A stretch of DNA of 27,000 nucleotides from a virus. Lineage: Duplodnaviria; Heunggongvirae; Uroviricota; Caudoviricetes. The DNA lies in IMG/VR virus record IMGVR_UViG_640753024_000008. The stretch is one strand, 5' to 3'. Positions 18,506 through 25,719 of this stretch are shown piece after piece. The notes beneath the pieces are model-generated. The model saw only the letters and a program-made list of their open reading frames with translations. It did no database searches and had not been told where the DNA came from. How positions within the stretch are numbered: the first letter of the stretch is position 1; the number at the start of each line of letters is the position of its first letter. Position numbers and translations under genes: made by a program.

Positions 18506-18855
18506 TTATATCGAATGTGATTACAATCGGTGGCGGCGGCACAGTTGGTGTGGCGGCCTCAGTCCGGAACAATTTGAAAACCAGAACCTCGCTTAGGCCT
18601 GTGTCCATATTACGTGGGTAGGATCATAACCCGTAACCAGAGCTGTATACATCGCCACTGGCAACCAGCTCTCTGGCCAGAACGCTCATCAGATATCTTG
18701 TTGCCCCAGTTTTAGCTTCCAGTTGTCGTAACGTCTCGCGCCCACTCTGGCGTACGAGTTCCACCACCTGCCCTTTAATTTTTTCCCGCTCTTCTTGTGT
18801 AAAAACTTTTGCCACAAGTCCTCCTGAACATTACTTTATGCCCTAAAATCAACAC

Positions 18856-19821
18856 TTATCCCCTGAAACCAGGCGGAATTTCGGTATCCGGTTCAGAAAT
18901 ATGATTCACACAACGCTTTATTGGCGAACGCCCCAGGCGAATAACCAGCTCATCCCATTTTTCGCGAAGCTTTGACGGACTCATGATGTTTTTGACCCAG
19001 AATGGATCTCGCTGTACCCGACCAAACATTTCGCAAATTTGTCTGTGGCTTCTGCCATCCAGCATCCGCATTGTGCGCACGTCATTGGCCCAGGCAGTCC
19101 AGTTAGGCTCTTTTGGTCGCATGATCTCGCCATCATCACTGGCGGCCTGTTCGTAGAGACCCACGATCCGCCCCCAGATCCACTGCGCACACGCCAAATC
19201 CTCCCTGCTACCCCACTGCCGTTTTTTCGCACTAAACACAACTGCGTCAGGGTGCCGGATTAAAAAATCCTGTTCAGCCGTCTGCTGGTCCGGTTGCAAA
19301 GCTTCCGGACGAAAAGTGTTTTTATTCTCTGTAGTAATCTCTGTTGTATTCTCTGTAGGATCATCGGGCCATTTTGACCCGATGACATTGGGTCGTTTTG
19401 AACCAATGGAGCGTTTCATTTTGACCTCTTCCATCATGTCATTTTGACCTGATGGAGCGACGCATTTTGAACTGATGGATTCGCTCAATTTGCCACCATC
19501 TAAAAGATCGCTCCCGTAGTTGATCGTGTAGAAATTGGTCATGTCGCGCTTTGATTTATTGAGCTTTTCGCAACGCAAAAGCCCCAGCGTTTTCAGACTT
19601 GCAAACGCGCGCTTTAACGTTGACTCTGACCAGAACGGGAACTGCGCCAGCCATTGTTCCGTTGTGTTGTAAATCCAGCGAGCACCATCACATTCCATGC
19701 CGGAATTGGTATCTCTCAACCAGTAATGCAGTTGCTGCAACACAATGGCTTCGTTTAAGCCAATCTTCATCGCAAGCTGTGTGTTTATAACCAGTGGGCG
19801 TTCAGCAAAAAGAAGGCTCAT
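18856..19821 (-). CDS. putative phage replication-initiation / replisome-organiser-like protein
   Basis: ORF track 18856..19875; an internal Met at 19821 reduces the overlap with the upstream gene. N-terminal winged-helix-like region (IVLQQLHYWLR...TLKRAFASLKTLGLL). Sits in the replication-module position downstream of the cro-like dicC. Weak assignment. Confidence 0.4.
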   Translation of the reverse strand: MSLLFAERPLVINTQLAMKIGLNEAIVLQQLHYWLRDTNSGMECDGARWIYNTTEQWLAQFPFWSESTLKRAFASLKTLGLLRCEKLNKSKRDMTNFYTINYGSDLLDGGKLSESISSKCVAPSGQNDMMEEVKMKRSIGSKRPNVIGSKWPDDPTENTTEITTENKNTFRPEALQPDQQTAEQDFLIRHPDAVVFSAKKRQWGSREDLACAQWIWGRIVGLYEQAASDDGEIMRPKEPNWTAWANDVRTMRMLDGRSHRQICEMFGRVQRDPFWVKNIMSPSKLREKWDELVIRLGRSPIKRCVNHISEPDTEIPPGFRG

Positions 19822-20323
19822 AATTCCATCCAGCTTTTTGTTGGTATTGCTGTCGATACGCAAGCTTGAAAGCAATTGCTTTTTCTATAAGTTCGTCAGT
19901 TTCACGATCTACAACGGCAGGATCTGCAAAAAGCAGTCCGGACTCCACCACATCGCCATATTCTTTATTTAACCCAGCGATCATGTACGTAATGCTCTTT
20001 CCGTCACTAATTTCACGATACAACCTGAAATCACTAATCCGGATAGCCTCCATAATTGCAGGCACTAGCGCTGTGAACTTTTCACGCTTATCCCTGGTGT
20101 CGATAGCCTTCCAGCGTTCAAATATCTTCACTCGATTAACGCTAAGCGCTCGCTGATCAACCGCGCCACCTTCATATGTGACACGCTGAACATCGATGTT
20201 CGGGCGCTCTTTCAAAGCCCAGAATGCTTCAGTGATTAATATCGTCGCCTGCTCCTGTGTCATTCCTGGTCGACATATCCAGGCATCCAGAGCCTCACGA
20301 GCCTGTTCAGGAGTGATTTTCAT
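19802..20323 (-). CDS. YdaT-like phage protein (173 aa)
   Basis: Second gene of the leftward early operon after dicC, as ydaT follows ydaS in Rac (recalled); only loose similarity from memory. Confidence 0.4.
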   Translation of the reverse strand: MKITPEQAREALDAWICRPGMTQEQATILITEAFWALKERPNIDVQRVTYEGGAVDQRALSVNRVKIFERWKAIDTRDKREKFTALVPAIMEAIRISDFRLYREISDGKSITYMIAGLNKEYGDVVESGLLFADPAVVDRETDELIEKAIAFKLAYRQQYQQKAGWNYEPSFC

Positions 20324-20537
20324 TGTTCAACCGCCCCGCCCGCTTCGTCTTACGATATTCGTCATAAACTTTGGGATCATACTGAAGCTCCCCGCCAGAT
20401 GCCTCCTGTAGACGCATCGCGCGACCTTCGGGAACTAAATCCCCTTTCCAGCTATAAAGCGAAGCCAAACGAATACCTGCTGCTTGTGCAAGTTTTGTTT
20501 TTGAACCGAAATACAAAAGAGCGTCAGTTTTAAGCAT
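20307..20537 (-). CDS. dicC: Cro-like regulator DicC
   Basis: 76 aa (MLKTDALLYFGSKTKLAQAAGIRLASLYSWKGD...), transcribed divergently from dicA. Confidence 0.85.
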   Translation of the reverse strand: MLKTDALLYFGSKTKLAQAAGIRLASLYSWKGDLVPEGRAMRLQEASGGELQYDPKVYDEYRKTKRAGRLNNENHS

Positions 20538-20552
20538 TTAAAACACCTTAGC

Positions 20553-20570
20553 TGTTAGTCATGGCTAACA
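20553..20570. promoter_or_regulatory. operator-like near-palindrome TGTTAGTCATGGCTAACA in the dicC-dicA intergenic region
   Basis: Seen in the sequence; a second TTAGCATTAGCTAA near-palindrome lies just downstream at about 20596..20612. Confidence 0.5.
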
Positions 20571-20620
20571 AAATAGATGTTAACAAAAACATAGTCAATA
20601 CGATTTAGCATTAGCTAACT

Positions 20621-21028
20621 ATGGATACAAAAAATTTAACCATCGGCGAACGCATTAGGTATCGTCGGAAAAACCTCAAACACACCCAAAGGTCTCTTGC
20701 TAAAGCCCTGAAAATCTCCCATGTGTCTGTATCACAATGGGAACGGGATGATAGTGAACCTACAGGGAAGAACCTTTTTGCCCTCAGCAAAGTATTGCAA
20801 TGCTCACCAACATGGATTCTATTTGGCGATGAAGACAAGCAACCAACACCACCTGTTGAGAAGCCGGTTGCCTTAGCCCCCAAAGAACTAGAGCTCCTTG
20901 AGCTGTTTAATGCACTGCCAGAATCAGAACAGGATACCCAGCTCGCCGAAATGCGAGCTCGAGTAAAAAATTTCAATAAACTCTTTGAAGAATTACTAAA
21001 AGCCCGTCAGCGGACAAATAAAAGATAA
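20621..21028 (+). CDS. dicA: repressor DicA (helix-turn-helix, cI-like)
   Basis: 135 aa, MDTKNLTIGERIRYRRKNLKHTQRSLAKALKISHVSVSQWER... with helix-turn-helix. Confidence 0.9.
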   Translation: MDTKNLTIGERIRYRRKNLKHTQRSLAKALKISHVSVSQWERDDSEPTGKNLFALSKVLQCSPTWILFGDEDKQPTPPVEKPVALAPKELELLELFNALPESEQDTQLAEMRARVKNFNKLFEELLKARQRTNKR

Positions 21029-21098
21029 CATCATCAATGAGTTATCTTTTATTATATCAATTGTGTTAGCCATAACATACAAAATCACTTGACCAATA

Positions 21099-21115
21099 TG
21101 TTAGTCATGGCTAAT
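21099..21115. promoter_or_regulatory. second copy of the operator-like motif (TGTTAGTCATGGCTAAT), upstream of ydfA
   Basis: 16 of 17 nt identical to the site at 20553..20570; a related half-site TGTTAGCCATAACA lies at about 21063..21076. Confidence 0.45.
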
Positions 21116-21194
21116 CTAGTTTACATCAACACACCGCACGGTGTTCTCAGCAAACAGTTCCGCCACCCCGGCGTTAAGGGGAAATGAGGTCAGC

Positions 21195-21350
21195 ATGGAT
21201 ACTATCGATCTTGGCAACAGCGAATCTCTGGTATGTGGCGTGTTCCCCAACCAGGACGGCACGTTCACCGCGATGACGTATACCAAAAGCAAAACGTTTA
21301 AAACCGAAAATGGTGCCCGTCGCTGGCTGGAAAGAAACTCAGGTGAGTGA
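21195..21350 (+). CDS. ydfA: small prophage protein YdfA (51 aa)
   Basis: Internal ATG of ORF 21141..21350 with GAGG ribosome-binding site; MDTIDLGNSESLVCGVFPNQDGTFTAMTYTKSKTFKTENGARRWLERNSGE. Confidence 0.8.
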   Translation: MDTIDLGNSESLVCGVFPNQDGTFTAMTYTKSKTFKTENGARRWLERNSGE

Positions 21351-21351
21351 T

Positions 21352-21927
21352 ATGGATTTCGACACAATCATGGAAAAGGCTTACGAAGAATACTTCGAAG
21401 GCCTTGCCGAAGGCGAAGAAGCTCTCAGCTTCAGTGAGTTTAAACAGGCACTCAGAATAAGAATGTGCTCTCACAATGACGCGGAGCACAAATATGAGAA
21501 GCAAAATCAGACCGCAGAAAATTTTGTTCTGGAACCCGGAGAAACGCTTTTCAAAATTCCCGTTACGTGCCCCATTTGCGGTTTTACATCAGAAGAACTT
21601 GACGACTCCTGTAACAATCAGGAAACAACCAAGTATGTCGAAGATGATACCGAGTGCGCACGAAGAACGATTATATCCACGAGTCCAAACTCCAGGACCA
21701 ATAAATCTCACCTTGAGAGGGTGATTAATCCACTCCCCCAAACCAATAAAAAAGATGCCGGAGGACAAAAAACCCAATGGAACAACGGGATATCTGTCAA
21801 AAAAAGACGTTCCATTAAAGACAAACAACGCAGCGCCAACAACTGTAAGCGCTTTATACCAGTAATCAATTTTCATGTTCTTAAGCGGATTTATTGGTGG
21901 TTGCGACATTGCTTAATGAATCCTTAA
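21352..21927 (+). CDS. continuous ORF across the ydfB/ydfC region (191 aa from MDFDT)
   Basis: Starts 2 nt after the ydfA stop. The N-terminal part is acidic with a CPICG motif; the C-terminal 90 or so residues are low-complexity and overlapped by an antisense membrane-like ORF. The coding extent is uncertain. Confidence 0.45.
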   Translation: MDFDTIMEKAYEEYFEGLAEGEEALSFSEFKQALRIRMCSHNDAEHKYEKQNQTAENFVLEPGETLFKIPVTCPICGFTSEELDDSCNNQETTKYVEDDTECARRTIISTSPNSRTNKSHLERVINPLPQTNKKDAGGQKTQWNNGISVKKRRSIKDKQRSANNCKRFIPVINFHVLKRIYWWLRHCLMNP

Positions 21928-22186
21928 AACTGTGGTGATTTTAAGGATACCACCTCGCCTGACGTGGTTAAAAGCAGGCACACAACACGAAAGCGCACGG
22001 CGAAGTTCGTCTCACTGTACGGTGTCGTTAAATTTAATTCGACCGTGCGCTTCCGGTTGTGGCAACCCGCGAAATGGCGCGGCGGTAAGTATGGCGGGGT
22101 TATTCCTTCCCCGTTGAGGACACCGAGTTGTCAGGTTGACCATACGCTTAAGTGACAACCCCGCTGCAACGCCCTCTGTTATCAAT

Positions 22187-22244
22187 TTTCTGGTGACGTT
22201 TGGCGGTATCAGTTTTACTCCGTGACTGCTCTGCCGCCGTTTTT
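22187..22244 (+). ncRNA. dicF: DicF small regulatory RNA
   Basis: TTTCTGGTGACGTTTGGCGGTATCAGTTTTACTCCGTGACTGCTCTGCCGCC followed by TTTTT, matching the recalled DicF sequence almost exactly, in the expected place just before dicB. Confidence 0.85.
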
Positions 22245-22413
22245 AAAGTGAATTTTGTGATGCGGTGAATGCGGCTAAGCGCACGCGGAACAGTTAAAAC
22301 CAAAAACAGTGTTATGGGTGGATTCTCTGTATCCGGCGTTAATTGTTAACTGGTTAACGTCACCTGGAGGCACCAGGCACTGCATCACAAAATTCATTGT
22401 TGAGGACGCGATA

Positions 22414-22602
22414 ATGAAAACGTTATTACCAAACGTTAATACGTCTGAAGGTTGTTTTGAAATTGGTGTCACTATCAGTAACCCTGTATTTACTGAAGAT
22501 GCCATTAACAAGAGAAAACAAGAACGGGAGCTATTAAATAAAATATGCATTGTTTCAATGCTGGCTCGTTTACGTCTGATGCCAAAAGGATGTGCACAAT
22601 GA
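22414..22602 (+). CDS. dicB: cell-division inhibitor DicB (62 aa)
   Basis: MKTLLPNVNTSEGCFEIGVTISNPVFTEDAINKRKQERELLNKICIVSMLARLRLMPKGCAQ; the ATG is internal to ORF 22309..22602. Confidence 0.9.
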   Translation: MKTLLPNVNTSEGCFEIGVTISNPVFTEDAINKRKQERELLNKICIVSMLARLRLMPKGCAQ

Positions 22603-22790
22603 ATTCAGCATTTGCGCTTGTTCTGACAGTTTTTCTTGTTTCCGGAGAGCCAGTTGATATTGCAGTCAGTGTTCACAGGACAATGCAGGAGTGTATGACT
22701 GCAGCAACCGAACAGAAAATTCCCGGTAACTGTTACCCGGTCGATAAAGTTATTCACCAGGATAATATCGAAATCCCGGCAGGTCTTTAA
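22599..22790 (+). CDS. ydfD: YdfD (63 aa, N-terminal membrane helix)
   Basis: ATGA overlap with the dicB stop; MNSAFALVLTVFLVSGEPV... Confidence 0.85.
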   Translation: MNSAFALVLTVFLVSGEPVDIAVSVHRTMQECMTAATEQKIPGNCYPVDKVIHQDNIEIPAGL

Positions 22791-22883
22791 AACAGTTCCG
22801 TAATAAATATCCGGTTTCATTCTTATATGCCAGCAATGGCAGGGATTTGTTCATCCTTAAATCTGTCATGAGGTTAAAACAAA

Positions 22884-25361
22884 ATGAGTAAAGTCTTTAT
22901 TTGCGCCGCTATTCCTGACGAACTGGCAACAAGGGAAGAAGGCGCTGTGGCTGTGGCTGTAGCCACAGCCATTGAAGCTGGCGACGAACGCCGTGCTCGA
23001 GCAAAATTTCACTGGCAGTTCCTGGAACATTATCCGGCTGCTCAGGACTGCGCTTATAAATTTATTGTCTGCGAGGATAAACCTGGCATACCCCGCCCTG
23101 CCCTCGATTCATGGGATGCTGAATATATGCAGGAAAACCGCTGGGATGAGGAGTCTGCTTCTTTTGTCCCGGTTGAGACTAAATCCGATCCGATGAACGT
23201 CACTTTTGACAAGCTGGCCCCTGAAGTACAGAACGCTGTCATGGTTAAGTTCGACACATGTGAAAACATCACCGTTGATATGGTTATTAGCGCACAGGAA
23301 TTGTTGCAGGAAGACATGGCAACATTCGACGGACATATCGTTGAAGCGTTGATGAAAATGCCAGAAGTTAACGCCATGTATCCGGAGCTTAAGTTGCACG
23401 CCATTGGGTGGGTTAAGCATAAATGTATTCCTGGTGCTAAATGGCCCGAAATTCAGGCAGAGATGCGCATCTGGAAAAAACGTCGCGAAGGTGAACGCAA
23501 GGAAACCGGAAAATACACGTCTGTTGTTGATCTCGCCCGCGCCAAAGCCAATCAACAGTACACTGAAAATTCAACAGGAAAAATCAGCCCGGTCATTGCT
23601 GCCATTCATCGCGAATACAAGCAGACATGGAAAACACTGGATGACGAACTGGCCTACGCTCTCTGGCCTGGTGATGTGGATGCCGGAAACATTGACGGCA
23701 GCATCCGTCGCTGGGCAAAAAAAGAAGTTATCGACAACGACCGCGAAGACTGGAAGCGTATCTCGGCATCAATGCGCAAACAGCCTGATGCCCTTCGCTA
23801 CGACCGCCAAACTATTTTTGGCCTTGTCCGTGAGCGTCCGATCGACATTCACAAAGATCCCGTAGCACTGAACAAATATATCTGCGAATACCTGACGACA
23901 AAGGGCGTGTTTGAGAATGAAGAAACAGACCCGGGCACTGTTGATGTTCTCCAGTCATCAGAAACACAAACTGATGCAGTGGAAACTGAGGTATCTGATA
24001 TCCCAAAAAATGAAACCGCGCCGGAAGCTGAACCATCTGTAGAGCGTGAGGGGCCGTTCTATTTCCTCTTCGCAGATAAGGACGGAGAAAAATACGGTCG
24101 CGCAAACAAACTTTCTGGTCTGGATAAGGCACTGGCTGCTGGCGCCACTGAAATCACAAAAGAAGAATATTTTGCCCGAAAAAATGGCACATACACGGGC
24201 TTACCGCAAAATGTAGATACCGCTGAAGATTCAGAACAACCAGAACCGATAAAAGTTACCGCTGACGAAGTAAACAAAATTATGCAGGCAGCCAATATCA
24301 GCCAGCCTGACGCCGATAAGTTGCTTGCTGCATCACGTGGTGAATTTGTTGAAGGGATTAGCGACCCGAATGATCCGAAATGGGTTAAGGGGATCCAGAC
24401 CCGCGATTCTGTGAACCAGAACCAGCAAGAAACGGAACAGAACGACCAGAAAGCGGAACAAAACAGCCCAAATACGCAACAAAACGAGCCAGAAACGAAA
24501 CAACCTGAACCAGTAGTGCAACAGGAACCGGAAAAGATCTGCACCGCCTGCGGTCATAGCGGTGGCGGCAACTGCCCTGATTGTGGTGCGGTGATGGGTG
24601 ACGCAACATACCAGGAAATATTCGATGGAGAGAATCAGCCTGAAGTTCAGGAAAATGATCCGGAGGAAATGGAAGGCACTGCGCATCAGCACAAGGAGAA
24701 CACTGGCGGCAATCAGCATCACAATAGCGATAATGAAACTGGCGAGACGGCAGATCACTCAATTAAGGTGAACGGTCATCACGAAATCACATCCACCAGC
24801 AGGACGTGTGACCATCTAATGATCGACCTTGAAACCATGGGAAAAAATCCTGATGCCCCGATCATCTCAATAGGTGCAATATTTTTCGATCCGCAAACCG
24901 GAGATATGGGACCGGAATTTAGTAAGACTATCGATCTGGAAACTGCTGGCGGAGTCATTGATCGGGACACCATTAAATGGTGGCTTAAGCAATCACGCGA
25001 AGCGCAATCTGCCATTATGACCGATGAAATCCCGTTAGATGATGCACTGTTACAATTGCGGGAATTTATCGACGAAAACTCCGGTGAATTTTTTGTTCAT
25101 GTCTGGGGAAATGGAGCCAACTTCGACAACACGATTTTGCGCCGTTCATACGAACGGCAGGGAATCCCCTGCCCGTGGCGTTACTACAACGATCGCGATG
25201 TACGCACAATCGTTGAGCTGGGGAAAGCCATAGACTTCGATGCCAGAACGGCTATTCCATTCGAAGGTGAGCGCCATAATGCACTTGATGACGCCCGTTA
25301 CCAGGCAAAATACGTTTCAGCTATCTGGCAAAAACTGATCCCGAGTCAGGCTGATTCTTAA
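22884..25361 (+). CDS. ydfE: YdfE-like 825-aa protein: N-terminal domain, acidic linker with CxxC-x9-CxxC zinc ribbon, C-terminal DEDDh (DnaQ-like) 3'-5' exonuclease
   Basis: C-terminal motifs MIDLETMG (Exo I), HVWGNGANFDNTIL (Exo II) and ERHNALDDARYQAKY (Exo III). Zinc ribbon CTACGHSGGGNCPDCG. Position between ydfD and xis/int matches ydfE. Confidence 0.75.
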   Translation: MSKVFICAAIPDELATREEGAVAVAVATAIEAGDERRARAKFHWQFLEHYPAAQDCAYKFIVCEDKPGIPRPALDSWDAEYMQENRWDEESASFVPVETKSDPMNVTFDKLAPEVQNAVMVKFDTCENITVDMVISAQELLQEDMATFDGHIVEALMKMPEVNAMYPELKLHAIGWVKHKCIPGAKWPEIQAEMRIWKKRREGERKETGKYTSVVDLARAKANQQYTENSTGKISPVIAAIHREYKQTWKTLDDELAYALWPGDVDAGNIDGSIRRWAKKEVIDNDREDWKRISASMRKQPDALRYDRQTIFGLVRERPIDIHKDPVALNKYICEYLTTKGVFENEETDPGTVDVLQSSETQTDAVETEVSDIPKNETAPEAEPSVEREGPFYFLFADKDGEKYGRANKLSGLDKALAAGATEITKEEYFARKNGTYTGLPQNVDTAEDSEQPEPIKVTADEVNKIMQAANISQPDADKLLAASRGEFVEGISDPNDPKWVKGIQTRDSVNQNQQETEQNDQKAEQNSPNTQQNEPETKQPEPVVQQEPEKICTACGHSGGGNCPDCGAVMGDATYQEIFDGENQPEVQENDPEEMEGTAHQHKENTGGNQHHNSDNETGETADHSIKVNGHHEITSTSRTCDHLMIDLETMGKNPDAPIISIGAIFFDPQTGDMGPEFSKTIDLETAGGVIDRDTIKWWLKQSREAQSAIMTDEIPLDDALLQLREFIDENSGEFFVHVWGNGANFDNTILRRSYERQGIPCPWRYYNDRDVRTIVELGKAIDFDARTAIPFEGERHNALDDARYQAKYVSAIWQKLIPSQADS

Positions 25362-25433
25362 TGTTCAACTGTCGCCGGTTGTGACTGGTATTCTGCAACC
25401 GGCGCTCGTCTGATGTAAGAGATAAAGAAATCG

Positions 25434-25685
25434 ATGAGCGAAGTAATCATGATTGTCTCTCCCGGCAAATGGGTATCCGAAGAGCAGTTAATTGCGCTGA
25501 AAGGAATAAAAAAAGGTACGTTAAAAAAGGCCCGGGAAAAATCGTTTATGGAAGGAAGGGAATATAAGCATGTCGCTCATGACGGTATGCCATGGGATAA
25601 CAGTCCATGCTTTTACAACCTGGAAGAAATTGATCGCTGGATTGAGCGCCAGGCATCAGCAAGACCAAGACGTCATCTTACTTGA
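25434..25685 (+). CDS. excisionase-like protein (83 aa)
   Basis: Small basic protein immediately upstream of the integrase; the family is inferred from position and size only. Confidence 0.5.
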   Translation: MSEVIMIVSPGKWVSEEQLIALKGIKKGTLKKAREKSFMEGREYKHVAHDGMPWDNSPCFYNLEEIDRWIERQASARPRRHLT

Positions 25686-25719
25686 CTAAAAGCCACACTA
25701 ACTAATGAGAGAAGTTGAA

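Larger units (their letters stand above)
17368..18626 (+). mobile_element. IS3 insertion sequence (1259 bp) flanked by TAAC direct repeats
   Basis: Ends TGATCTTACCCAGCAATAGTGGACACG... and ...CCATATTACGTGGGTAGGATCA. TAAC at 17364..17367 and again at 18627..18630. Confidence 0.9.
17097..18815 (-). pseudogene. phage gene of about 152 codons split by the IS3 insertion
   Basis: ORF 18624..18815 (MAKVFTQEEREKIKGQVVELVRQSG...) stops at a TGA formed by the IS3 end. Removing IS3 and one copy of the 4-bp repeat rejoins it in frame with 17097..17367 (...LFPSEQARKDWQNARKKLSRAKVKKPAVVDPDL...ISSNVK). Confidence 0.6.

Noticed and set aside
23054-25015. Antisense and alternative-frame ORFs within the ydfE-like gene (for example 23109..23555, 24059..24544, 24333..24758, 24385..24762, 24779..25015)
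   Set aside because: The plus-strand 825-aa frame has coherent domain motifs (DEDDh, zinc ribbon); the overlapping frames are Cys/Phe/Ser-rich artefacts of the acidic codon repeats on the other strand.
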